Below, piece by piece: positions 27,937 through 36,710 of a stretch of DNA of 42,766 nucleotides. The translations under genes and the position numbers were made by a program. Under the pieces are notes generated by a model that saw nothing but the letters and a program-made list of their open reading frames with translations, was not told the DNA's origin and did not search any database. Every line of letters begins with the position of its first letter. Position 1 is the first letter of the stretch. Location of the stretch: sequence record SRR31156797_5930, one strand, 5' to 3'.

Positions 27937-30726
27937 ATGGGAACACACAGCAAAAAGAGAGCGGAATACAGTATCCGAACACATCCAGGAACACGACCAG
28001 CCTGGGTCCTATCCGTTCTCTTTGCCTGGCTGGTGTTCAGCGCCCCATCGTTTGCATCGGACGAGACCAAGCGGGTTCTGATCCTCTACTCGTTCAGATA
28101 CGGGCTCTCCGCAAATGCACTTATGGATGCGAATGTGACGACCGGTAGAGCCATTCAAACGGTCATGGAAAAGGGGTCGGCGCACAAGATCGCATTTTTC
28201 AGCGAGCGAATGGACGTATCGACCTTGCCGGAAAATAAATATTTCGAAGAGTTGCGAGACGCATATGGCGAGAAGTATGCTGGTCAGCCAATAGACTTGA
28301 TCATTTCAATAAACTATAGGGCATTGAAATTCTTGATTGACCACGGCAATGAACTCTGGCCGAATACGCCAATTCTCTTCAGTGGGATTGAAAAGGGTCG
28401 ACGGAAGCAGCTGAAGCAATTGAGGCCCAATATAACCGGCCTTTTTGCAGACGCCCGTTTCGGAGATATGCTGGACACCATATTCAAGATACACCCGGAA
28501 ACTCAACGGATTGCCGTCATCGTAGGCGCTTCGGAGACGGACCGCTTCATTGAGAAAAGGATTCGCCAAACCTCCCGAAAGTATTTGGACAGAGTTGATT
28601 TCACCTATCTCAGTAATTTCGGGTTCGATGCTATTTTGAGTAAAGTTTCAGATCTTCCACCGAATTCCATTGTTCTGTTTATAACGCTGCTTCAGGACGG
28701 TGAAAGCAAATTGGCGCCGGAAAATGCCCTATCTCTGATTTCCCGCATGTCGAACGCCCCTGTCTACGGTTTGTTTGATGTGTATGTGGGGCACGGAATT
28801 GTGGGAGGCAGCGTCTACAGCAACGAAGATAGAGGGATTAGAGCCGGGATTGTGGGGTTACGTATTCTGGAAGGGGAAAATCCCAGGGATATTCCGCTGG
28901 AAACGGGACAGAAACATTTCAGCCTCTACGACTGGCGACAACTCAAACGATGGGGCATCGCTGAACATGACTTGCCGCCCGGAAGCATCGTACGCCACCG
29001 GGAGCCGACATTTTATGATCTGTATAAGTGGTATATCTGGGGGGTAATCGCCCTGACAGCGGTTGAAACCTTCTTGATCAGCGTTCTGATGGTGAACCGG
29101 CGGCGGCGCCTTCGTGTGGAGAGGGAGCTACAAAAGGCACGCCATAAATTGGAGATTCGCGTGGCGGAACGCACCCAACAGCTTGAATCTCAAACCGTTA
29201 TACTATCACAAGCCAAAGAGGCGGCAGAAGCCGCCAATGTGGCAAAAAGCGCCTTCCTCGCCAACATGAGTCATGAGATCCGGACGCCACTGAACGCCAT
29301 ACTGGGTACGGTACAATTGCTGCGCCGGGCTTCAACATCCCTTGAGAGATACGAGGACAACCTCAACATTCTTACCCATAGCGGACAACATCTCCTGACG
29401 CTGATCGATGAGGTGCTTGAAATGTCCCGCATCGAGGCCGGAAGGACAAGCCTGGTTAAAACCGCCTTTAACCTCAACCGGATGCTGGATGGAATTGAAA
29501 AAATAAATCGTATGAGAGCCAGAAAAAAAACCTTAAAACTGAATGTGGAGCGTTCCCCCCATTTGCCGGACATTATCCGTCACGATGAGGGCAAACTGCG
29601 CCAGATCTTGATTAATCTCATGAACAATGCACTGAAATTTACAGAAGAAGGGAGTGTAATCCTCAGAGTCAGTGCCGTTAATGATTCTAACCCCCATATC
29701 CAATTTGAGATTTTAGACACCGGCATCGGCATAGCACCGGAAAACCATGAGAAAATTTTTGAGCCCTTCGCCCAGATGGAGAATGGAAAAAAGCACCAGG
29801 AAGGCGCCGGTTTGGGATTGGCGATCAGCCGCAATTATGTGAAACTCATGGGCGGCACCATCTCAATAAAAAGTCAGCCGGGAAAAGGCGCTGCTTTCAC
29901 GGTGAAATTGCCCTTCGAACCGCTCGACGAACACCATGCCGATCCGGTTGTACCAACCCGTCGCGTGGTTGGCCTTGAACCCGGCCAACCCCGTTACCGG
30001 GTGCTGATTGTGGAGGATGATCCCGGCGGCCGGTCCATATTGCGACAGTTATTGGAACAGGTGCAATTTCATGTCATTGAAGCTGTGGATGGGCAGGAGG
30101 CGGTCCATTTGTATCACAGCCAAAAACCGGATCTGATATGGATGGATATCCGATTGCCGGTGATGAATGGGTTTGAGGCAACCAGGAAAATTCGGGATTC
30201 GGAACGGGCAATGGAGGATGGAGAAGATAAAGGATCCGGAAACCGCAAAACGCCCATCATCGCCCTATCCGCCAGTGTTTTTGAGGAAGATGGGGAAAAG
30301 GTTCTGGCCGCCGGTTGCGATGATTTTGTACGAAAACCCTTCAAGGAAACGGATATTTTCGAAAAGATGGCGCAACACTTGAGTGTTCGTTATATCTATA
30401 AAGATCTGAACGTAAAAACCGAAGAAGCTGAAGCATCAATTCTGAATGCTGCCGATCTGACGCCTCTGGCTGTGGAATGGATTGATGAGGTTTACCGGGC
30501 CGCCAAGGGGGGAAAGGCAGAACAAATCATAGAACTTCTAGAACAGATACATCCCGAGCATCCGGAGCTGGCTGCGAAAATCTCAGAGCACGTGAAGAAT
30601 GATCAATTCATGCCGCTTGTCCAGGTGATTGAACAGTCCCGGTACATGGACGTTATCAAAGGAAAAGAAGATGAGCAAAACAGATCAACCGGGAATCCAA
30701 GGGGATATCCTGATTATCGACGATGA
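27937..30726 (+). CDS. Hybrid sensor histidine kinase (periplasmic substrate-binding-like domain, TM, HisKA, HATPase, REC)
   Basis: FLANMSHEIRTPLN, QILINLMNNALKFT, DTGIGI, GAGLGLAIS, LIWMDIRLPVMNG. Periplasmic region with GHGIVGG and DWRQLKRWGI. Confidence 0.93.
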   Translation: MGTHSKKRAEYSIRTHPGTRPAWVLSVLFAWLVFSAPSFASDETKRVLILYSFRYGLSANALMDANVTTGRAIQTVMEKGSAHKIAFFSERMDVSTLPENKYFEELRDAYGEKYAGQPIDLIISINYRALKFLIDHGNELWPNTPILFSGIEKGRRKQLKQLRPNITGLFADARFGDMLDTIFKIHPETQRIAVIVGASETDRFIEKRIRQTSRKYLDRVDFTYLSNFGFDAILSKVSDLPPNSIVLFITLLQDGESKLAPENALSLISRMSNAPVYGLFDVYVGHGIVGGSVYSNEDRGIRAGIVGLRILEGENPRDIPLETGQKHFSLYDWRQLKRWGIAEHDLPPGSIVRHREPTFYDLYKWYIWGVIALTAVETFLISVLMVNRRRRLRVERELQKARHKLEIRVAERTQQLESQTVILSQAKEAAEAANVAKSAFLANMSHEIRTPLNAILGTVQLLRRASTSLERYEDNLNILTHSGQHLLTLIDEVLEMSRIEAGRTSLVKTAFNLNRMLDGIEKINRMRARKKTLKLNVERSPHLPDIIRHDEGKLRQILINLMNNALKFTEEGSVILRVSAVNDSNPHIQFEILDTGIGIAPENHEKIFEPFAQMENGKKHQEGAGLGLAISRNYVKLMGGTISIKSQPGKGAAFTVKLPFEPLDEHHADPVVPTRRVVGLEPGQPRYRVLIVEDDPGGRSILRQLLEQVQFHVIEAVDGQEAVHLYHSQKPDLIWMDIRLPVMNGFEATRKIRDSERAMEDGEDKGSGNRKTPIIALSASVFEEDGEKVLAAGCDDFVRKPFKETDIFEKMAQHLSVRYIYKDLNVKTEEAEASILNAADLTPLAVEWIDEVYRAAKGGKAEQIIELLEQIHPEHPELAAKISEHVKNDQFMPLVQVIEQSRYMDVIKGKEDEQNRSTGNPRGYPDYRR

Positions 30727-32884
30727 CGCCTCCAGTTTGCAGACCCTGTCTGCAATTTTATTGGAGCAGGGATACGGCGTGCGTCGCGCCAGAGACGCCC
30801 GAACAGCCTTGATGATTATCAACAATGCCCCACCCGCTCTGATACTGCTGGATGTCCGGATGCCTGAAATGGACGGTTTTGAACTCTGCCAAATACTCAA
30901 GGCGGATGGAAAGAGCTGTGACATCCCGATCTTGTTTTTAAGCGCCCTGGTTGAAACCGTGGATAAAATCAAAGGCTTTGAAGTCGGAGGGGTCGATTTT
31001 ATAACCAAACCGTTTCAAGTGGAAGAGGTTTTGGCCAGGGTTCAAACGCATCTGGATCTATGCGGATTGCGACATCAACTGAAAAAACAGAATGAAGTTC
31101 TCAAAGCTGCGCTTAAAGAACAAGAAAATGCGAAATCAGCGTTAAAAAAAGCGAATGACGAACTTGAAGAACGTGTTAAAGCGCGTACGGCGAAATTAGA
31201 GGAGGCCAACGTTGGATTAAAAGGGGAAATTGCTGAACGAACGCGGATGGAAAAAGTGCTCTCGGAGAGTCAACATCGTCTGAGAGAAGAGATTGAAGAA
31301 CGGAAGCATCGTGAAAAGGAACTGAGGCATACACAAAAAAAACTGGAACAACAGTTTAAATTCGACAACATGCTGTCGATGCTTTCCACCAAATTCATCA
31401 ATTCACCATTTGACCGGATCGACCAAAAAATCGATGAAGGTCTCGGTCTCATCACCGGGCAACTCGGCATAGAACGGATTGCCTTGCTCCAATTCTCACA
31501 AGACAAGTCTCAATTGAATCTGACGCACGCCCATGCAATTGACTCCCGACAATGGACTCCGATCTTCCGGGTGAGTGGGCGGTTGCCCTGGTTTTCGGAA
31601 TCGCTGCGCCGGGGAAAAACGCTTCGGATCTCCAGCATTGTCGATATGCCGAAAGAAGCGGCGGCTGAGAAACGGTATGCGAAAGAGCAAGGATATAAAT
31701 CATCTTTAACTATCCCCATGAAAGTTGATGAACAGATAATAGGGGCCGTTTCATATTCAAGTATGACACGTGAACGGAACTGGTCCGATGAGCTCGTTCA
31801 GCAGTTCAATCTGGTTAGTGAGATCTTTGCCAATATCTTGGATCGAAAACAAAAGGAACAAAGCCTGCAAAGTTCTTTTTTTGAGATTAAACATCTGAAG
31901 GATCGGCTGCAGCAGGAGAATGTCTATTTAAAGGAAGAGATCAGGCTCGAACACAGGCATGGTGAAATCGTTGGAAAAAGCCCTGCCATCAATTATGTGC
32001 TAAGACAGGGAGAGCTGGTTGCCAAAACCAATTCCACGATCCTGATTCAGGGCGAAACCGGTACGGGAAAAGAATTATTGGCGCGAGCAATTCATAATTT
32101 GAGCCCACGCAAGGAGAGGGCAATGGTGACGGTGAACTGTGCCGCCCTTCCACCAGGCCTCATTGAAAGTGAATTGTTCGGACGTGAAAAAGGCGCATAC
32201 ACCGGCGCTTTGGCGAAACAGGCAGGGCGCTTTGAAATTGCTGATGGTTCGACCATTTTCCTCGATGAGGTGGGCGAACTGCCTCCGGAACTCCAAACCA
32301 AGCTTCTCAGGGTGCTTCAGGAGGGGGAATTTCAGCGTCTCGGCAGTTCCAAAACCGTCAAGGTTGACGTCAGGGTGATTGCCGCCTCCAATCGGAATCT
32401 ATCCAAAGCTGTCAGCGACGGTTCTTTTCGAGAAGACCTCTATTATCGCTTACATGTTTTCCCCATAATCATCCCCCCCTTGCGTGAGCGTCAGGAAGAC
32501 ATCCCGCTCCTTGTTTGGGCATTTGTAAAGGAATTTGAAAAGACCATGGGGAAACGCATTTCGACCATCCAACAGTCGAAGATGGAGGAGATGATGAGGT
32601 ACGCGTGGCCTGGAAATATCAGGGAATTGAGAAACGTGGTGGAGCAGGCGATGATCGTCACCAAGGATACCATGCTGAATTTACGGGCACCCGAAACCAC
32701 GGCCCCCGAAAAAATACACGACCTCAGTCTCGAAACCTTTGAGCGCACCCATATTAAGGCGGTTCTTGATAAAACCGGATGGCGCGTAAAAGGCAACAAT
32801 GGCGCAGCAGAGATTTTAGGCCTGCACCCTGCCACCCTGTTTTCAAAAATGAAGAAACTGGGAATCAAAAGAACCTACGGATGA
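30671..32884 (+). CDS. Sigma54-dependent activator (REC, coiled coil, GAF, AAA+, Fis HTH)
   Basis: LLDVRMP; GETGTGKE, ESELFGREKGAYTGA, FLDEVGEL, FREDLYYRL, WPGNIREL, GAAEILGLHPATLFSKMKKLGI. Start ATG 30671. Confidence 0.95.
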   Translation: MSKTDQPGIQGDILIIDDDASSLQTLSAILLEQGYGVRRARDARTALMIINNAPPALILLDVRMPEMDGFELCQILKADGKSCDIPILFLSALVETVDKIKGFEVGGVDFITKPFQVEEVLARVQTHLDLCGLRHQLKKQNEVLKAALKEQENAKSALKKANDELEERVKARTAKLEEANVGLKGEIAERTRMEKVLSESQHRLREEIEERKHREKELRHTQKKLEQQFKFDNMLSMLSTKFINSPFDRIDQKIDEGLGLITGQLGIERIALLQFSQDKSQLNLTHAHAIDSRQWTPIFRVSGRLPWFSESLRRGKTLRISSIVDMPKEAAAEKRYAKEQGYKSSLTIPMKVDEQIIGAVSYSSMTRERNWSDELVQQFNLVSEIFANILDRKQKEQSLQSSFFEIKHLKDRLQQENVYLKEEIRLEHRHGEIVGKSPAINYVLRQGELVAKTNSTILIQGETGTGKELLARAIHNLSPRKERAMVTVNCAALPPGLIESELFGREKGAYTGALAKQAGRFEIADGSTIFLDEVGELPPELQTKLLRVLQEGEFQRLGSSKTVKVDVRVIAASNRNLSKAVSDGSFREDLYYRLHVFPIIIPPLRERQEDIPLLVWAFVKEFEKTMGKRISTIQQSKMEEMMRYAWPGNIRELRNVVEQAMIVTKDTMLNLRAPETTAPEKIHDLSLETFERTHIKAVLDKTGWRVKGNNGAAEILGLHPATLFSKMKKLGIKRTYG

Positions 32885-32913
32885 TATATCATCCATCGGA
32901 TGGTTTGTCATCC
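32879..32913. promoter_or_regulatory. Candidate upstream activator sequence: two tandem GGATG-N6-CATCC sites
   Basis: Perfect 16-bp palindrome GGATGATATATCATCC (32879-32894) and GGATGGTTTGTCATCC (32898-32913), 100-130 bp upstream of the -24 box. Confidence 0.7.
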
Positions 32914-33011
32914 CAAAAAGAGCCCGTGTTTTATTTCATCCGGCATCCATCCTTTTATTAAAGGCTCGTAAATACAATGCTTTCCGCACCTTCCCTATGG
33001 CCTTGTCCCTT

Positions 33012-33027
33012 TGGCACAGGCCTTGCT
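33012..33027 (+). promoter_or_regulatory. Sigma54 (-24/-12) promoter
   Basis: TGGCAC-AGGCC-TTGCT matches TGGCAC-N5-TTGCW. It is intergenic, directly downstream of a sigma54 activator gene. Confidence 0.9.
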
Positions 33028-33111
33028 TTACTGTATCCATAACTTCTGTCAGAGATCAACTCAGAAACCGATTTTCTATCATTAATCCCAATTGTCGGAA
33101 AACCGGAACAA

Positions 33112-33432
33112 ATGGTCATATCCACCCTGCAGATAGTTGTGCCCGCTGAAAAGCGTGATGAAGCCCTGGAAGTCCTTGGCATGTATCAAGGGCCCACCTG
33201 TCATCAGCCCGGGTGTATCAGTTGTCAGGGTTTTGAGTCGCTGGACAAGGCAAACCACTTTATTCTGATCGAAAAATGGATGTCGCAAACCGATCTGGAC
33301 CGGCATCTGCGCTCAAGTGAATATAAAAAGATCCTGACGCTCATGGAAGCTTCCAGCGAACTACCGGACATTAAGTTCCTGACGGTATTGAACTCGGCCG
33401 GTATGGAGTTATTGGAACAGCTGAGGGGATAG
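33112..33432 (+). CDS. Antibiotic biosynthesis monooxygenase (ABM) domain protein
   Basis: 106 aa; QPGCISC, FILIEKW, DLDRHLRS pattern. Confidence 0.8.
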   Translation: MVISTLQIVVPAEKRDEALEVLGMYQGPTCHQPGCISCQGFESLDKANHFILIEKWMSQTDLDRHLRSSEYKKILTLMEASSELPDIKFLTVLNSAGMELLEQLRG

Positions 33433-33464
33433 ATGGGAAATATGGTGATAATAGGAACCATCCA

Positions 33465-34862
33465 ATGAGTCAGCCGAAAAAACATGCATCAAGCAAGAAA
33501 GAACCGAACCGCAGCCGACGCAATTTTCTAAAATTGGGTCTTTCGGGAGCAGGCGCCGTTGCTGTCGCCGCCGGAGGTATCACTGTTATCAAGCGCATGG
33601 AAGGCATTCCCCATGATGAATTTCCCTTGCCGGTTAGAAAAAACTTCAAAGGCATCGACCAGCGGAATCAAATCAACATTTTTTCGGGGAGCAAGCTGCT
33701 GAACGAAAAACACCCCGAGCGCAACCGAAGCTTCAATGAACAACTAAAAAAGGAAAACCCTAAAGGGTATAAACCCTTTAATTTTTATGAAACCAGACGT
33801 CATTTCATGAAACAGCCTTATCGGGACGCACCAGGCTACAGCCAGCTTGAAAGAGCCCTGGCGGTTGGAGGGTTTTTCAGCGCCAGTCAGCAGCTCGGGG
33901 GGGGCAGCATGGAAGCACCCGACAAGGGTGTATCCAGCTGGAAACAGAATATGCTGGCCAAGAGTCGATACAAGTTTGACTCCCCCAAAGAGGCGGCGAT
34001 TGCCATTAAGAGTGCCGCTCGCTTATATGGTGCTTTAAGATGCGGCATCACGAAACGGGACAAGCGGTGGGATTACGACCCCATGTACGATGCCAGTATG
34101 GAACGTGAACTCACATGGGAAAAGGATTTTCCCTTTGAGCCCAAAACGGTCATCGTTGTCATGGTTGAAATGGACTACCATGCCATGGGTTCCGCACCTT
34201 CCTGGATGCAGGACGCAACGGTTGGCGATGCTTATGCCAATGCCATCAAAATTGCCGGGCAACTCACCATTTTTTTGAGGCAATTGGGTTACCAGGCGGT
34301 GGCTTCCATGAATGACTTGGGGATCAACGCCCCCTATGCCATCGCCGCCGGTTTGGGCGAAGGGGGCCGCAACGGCCAGGTCATCACGCCGGAATACGGC
34401 CCACGTGTCCGTATAAGCAAAGTCTACACCGATTTTGAAGGGGTCGAATACGACAAACCACGCACCTTCGGCGTGGCCAGTTTCTGTTTGAATTGCAAGC
34501 GATGTGCGAATTCCTGCCCGTCCAAAGCCATCACTTTTGAAGATCAATCCTGGGAGCCCACCTATTCCTCTGATCCGGACTATATCTGGCATGCATCCCC
34601 CGGGGTTTTAAAATTCCACAATGACGCCAAAAAATGCGCTAAATTCTGGATCGATAATGACGGGGGCTGCGGTAACTGCATTGCCTCCTGCCCCTATAAC
34701 AAACCGAACTTCTGGCACCATCGATTGGTAGACGCCCAGAACGTAATCGCCCCGGGTCCCGTGCACGCTTTTATGCGCGAAATGGACATCTTTTTCGGAT
34801 ACGGAAAGGTGGATGACCCTGAAAGGGTCCGAAAGTTCTGGAAAATGGGGAACAAGGCGTGA
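33465..34862 (+). CDS. rdhA: Reductive dehalogenase catalytic subunit (corrinoid, 2x[4Fe-4S], Tat signal)
   Basis: SRRNFLK twin-arginine motif; IKSAARLYGA, FLRQLGYQA, AIAAGLGEGGRNG, ITPEYGPRVRISKVYTD; CLNCKRCANSCP (CX2CX2CX3CP) and CAKFWIDNDGGCGNCIASCP (CX10CX2CX3CP). Confidence 0.95.
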   Translation: MSQPKKHASSKKEPNRSRRNFLKLGLSGAGAVAVAAGGITVIKRMEGIPHDEFPLPVRKNFKGIDQRNQINIFSGSKLLNEKHPERNRSFNEQLKKENPKGYKPFNFYETRRHFMKQPYRDAPGYSQLERALAVGGFFSASQQLGGGSMEAPDKGVSSWKQNMLAKSRYKFDSPKEAAIAIKSAARLYGALRCGITKRDKRWDYDPMYDASMERELTWEKDFPFEPKTVIVVMVEMDYHAMGSAPSWMQDATVGDAYANAIKIAGQLTIFLRQLGYQAVASMNDLGINAPYAIAAGLGEGGRNGQVITPEYGPRVRISKVYTDFEGVEYDKPRTFGVASFCLNCKRCANSCPSKAITFEDQSWEPTYSSDPDYIWHASPGVLKFHNDAKKCAKFWIDNDGGCGNCIASCPYNKPNFWHHRLVDAQNVIAPGPVHAFMREMDIFFGYGKVDDPERVRKFWKMGNKA

Positions 34863-35140
34863 TGGATATCGCTTGGTATATCCTTGGGGTGCTAACCGGG
34901 GCGGTTGCATATGCTCTGTACCTCATATCAAAGAAAAGCAGTTTGAGCTGGGTTTTGGTGTCGTGCCTGATAATCGGCAGTTTTTTAGTCCTTTTCAGTA
35001 TCGCCTGGGCCGTCGGGTCCGTGCTGGAAGGCGTCCCCCGGGCCGCCGGCATGGGGCTGCTTCTTTTCGGATTGAGTGGTGTGGTTATCCTTACACTGAC
35101 CGGGAGGAAGATTGCTTCCCGGAAAGACATTATAAAATGA
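34862..35140 (+). CDS. rdhB: RdhB-like membrane anchor
   Basis: 92 aa with three hydrophobic segments; FSIAWAVGSVLEGVPRAAGMGLLLFG resembles PceB-type anchors. ATG overlaps the rdhA stop (TGATG). Confidence 0.82.
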   Translation: MDIAWYILGVLTGAVAYALYLISKKSSLSWVLVSCLIIGSFLVLFSIAWAVGSVLEGVPRAAGMGLLLFGLSGVVILTLTGRKIASRKDIIK

Positions 35141-35392
35141 GGGGTTACGTGATACTCAAATATTTTCTTTCAAATATGGAGATAGGCTGAAAATGATGGG
35201 CTTCACCTGGTATTTCCTGGGCCTGTTAACCACCGGATCGATTGTTTTGCTTTGGCATTTTTCCAAACGTTACCAACTCAACCGGCTTGCCTGGGCCGGG
35301 CTGAGCATGGGTATTGTTCTCATTCTTTTCAGCATTGCCTGGTCCGTGGGGTCCATATTGGAAGGGGTTCCCCGGGCCGCCGGCATGGGGCT
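35036..35392 (+). repeat. Duplicated rdhB segment
   Basis: Exact 23-mer CCCCGGGCCGCCGGCATGGGGCT at 35036-35058 and 35370-35392, within longer similar coding stretches. Confidence 0.9.
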
Positions 35393-36692
35393 TATTTTGT
35401 TCGGTTTATCCGGTATCGTCATTTTGACCATCGCCTTTCGATACACGTTAACCAAAAGACCGAAGTTGCTTGCACATGCTTTGCCCAAAGCGGTCGAGAC
35501 CCATGTGGCGTTAAAAACGGAAAAACCCGCCGGGAAATCGATCCTTGGTTCCTATTTATCAGTGGGTCTACGCTATGGCGCCTATCTTTCGTTGGTTACT
35601 GCGTTTATTATGGGCCTGTCGTCCGAAGGCAAAGATTATGAAAGCATGGTTCGGAACAAATTCAAGGACCAGAAGCTCACCAGGATCAACGACGACCCGG
35701 TTGTTTTCCAGCTGGGCGAAAGAGGTGACGGCCCCGGCAATTACGTTTTGATCCAGGAGGGCCATGGCTACGGCGGACCCTTTGTTTTTGGCCTTCGCAT
35801 CATGGAAGACGGCAAGATCCATGGGATCATACCGCTGGACCACAAAGAAACTCAGGCCTTCGTCAAAAAAATTGAGGATGCCGGATACCGGGATCAATTT
35901 ATCGGCAAAAGTGTCGGCAATGACTTTATCGTGGGCGTTGATATCGACGCGGTTTCAGGCGCCACCGTAACCTCCATGGCCGCTGCCGAAGCGATTCGCA
36001 ACGGCGCTCATGTGGCTGCGGTGGAAAAGTTTGAACTCGATCCCAACTGGAAAAAAGTACCCTGGAAGTTCGGGCTGGATGAAATGCTGATTCTGATTTT
36101 ATTTATCCTGGCCTTTTTCCCTAAAATCCATGGGGGTAAACCTTGGAAATATATCTACCGGGTCGCAACCATCGCAATTGTCGGTTTCTACCTGAATGCA
36201 GCCATATCCATCGGAAATATTGCCGGTTTGGCCTTGGGCTATATTCCGGGAATTAAAGATCACCTCATCTGGTGGATGTTGGTGATGGGGACCCTGCTGG
36301 GGATTGTCCTGTTAGGTAAAAATGTTTACTGCTATCGAATTTGTCCCTTTTACGGAATTGAATATTTTTTGCAAAAAGTCAGCGGTATGAAACTGAACCC
36401 GTCGCGTGCTGTAATAAAGCGGACCCGTTTCATGGTAAATTTCCTGTTATGGCTGTCGGTAATGGTCATTTTTCTGTCAAAACATCCGGCACTCGGCTCC
36501 TACGAACCTTTTGCCATGATGTTTTCATTGAACGGCAGCGGAATCCAGTGGTTCATATTGCCGCTGGCATTGATCGGGTCTTTTTTTATGTCCACTTTCT
36601 GGTGTCGCTTTTTTTGTCCCTGCGGCCAGGCATTAACGAAACTGATGCAATTTAGGAAAAGCGCTCTGAATTTATTTCAAGCAAAGAAGTAA
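35193..36692 (+). CDS. rdhC: RdhB-RdhC fusion: RdhB-like N-terminus, FMN-binding domain, NosR/NirI-type membrane domain
   Basis: Residues ~1-88 repeat the RdhB motif; GYGGP, ETQAF, flavinylation motif DAVSGATVTS; TM helices with YCYRICP and WCRFFCP (CX3CP). Confidence 0.85.
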   Translation: MMGFTWYFLGLLTTGSIVLLWHFSKRYQLNRLAWAGLSMGIVLILFSIAWSVGSILEGVPRAAGMGLILFGLSGIVILTIAFRYTLTKRPKLLAHALPKAVETHVALKTEKPAGKSILGSYLSVGLRYGAYLSLVTAFIMGLSSEGKDYESMVRNKFKDQKLTRINDDPVVFQLGERGDGPGNYVLIQEGHGYGGPFVFGLRIMEDGKIHGIIPLDHKETQAFVKKIEDAGYRDQFIGKSVGNDFIVGVDIDAVSGATVTSMAAAEAIRNGAHVAAVEKFELDPNWKKVPWKFGLDEMLILILFILAFFPKIHGGKPWKYIYRVATIAIVGFYLNAAISIGNIAGLALGYIPGIKDHLIWWMLVMGTLLGIVLLGKNVYCYRICPFYGIEYFLQKVSGMKLNPSRAVIKRTRFMVNFLLWLSVMVIFLSKHPALGSYEPFAMMFSLNGSGIQWFILPLALIGSFFMSTFWCRFFCPCGQALTKLMQFRKSALNLFQAKK

Positions 36693-36710
36693 TTTGGAAG
36701 AGGTCATACC

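Noticed and set aside
32885-33464. Cobalamin riboswitch upstream of rdhA
   Set aside because: No B12-box or recognisable conserved core; the space is explained by the enhancer, sigma54 promoter and ABM gene.
33465-34862. Alternative call as epoxyqueuosine reductase QueG
   Set aside because: The Tat signal, the CX10CX2CX3CP second cluster and adjacent RdhB/RdhC-like genes fit RdhA.
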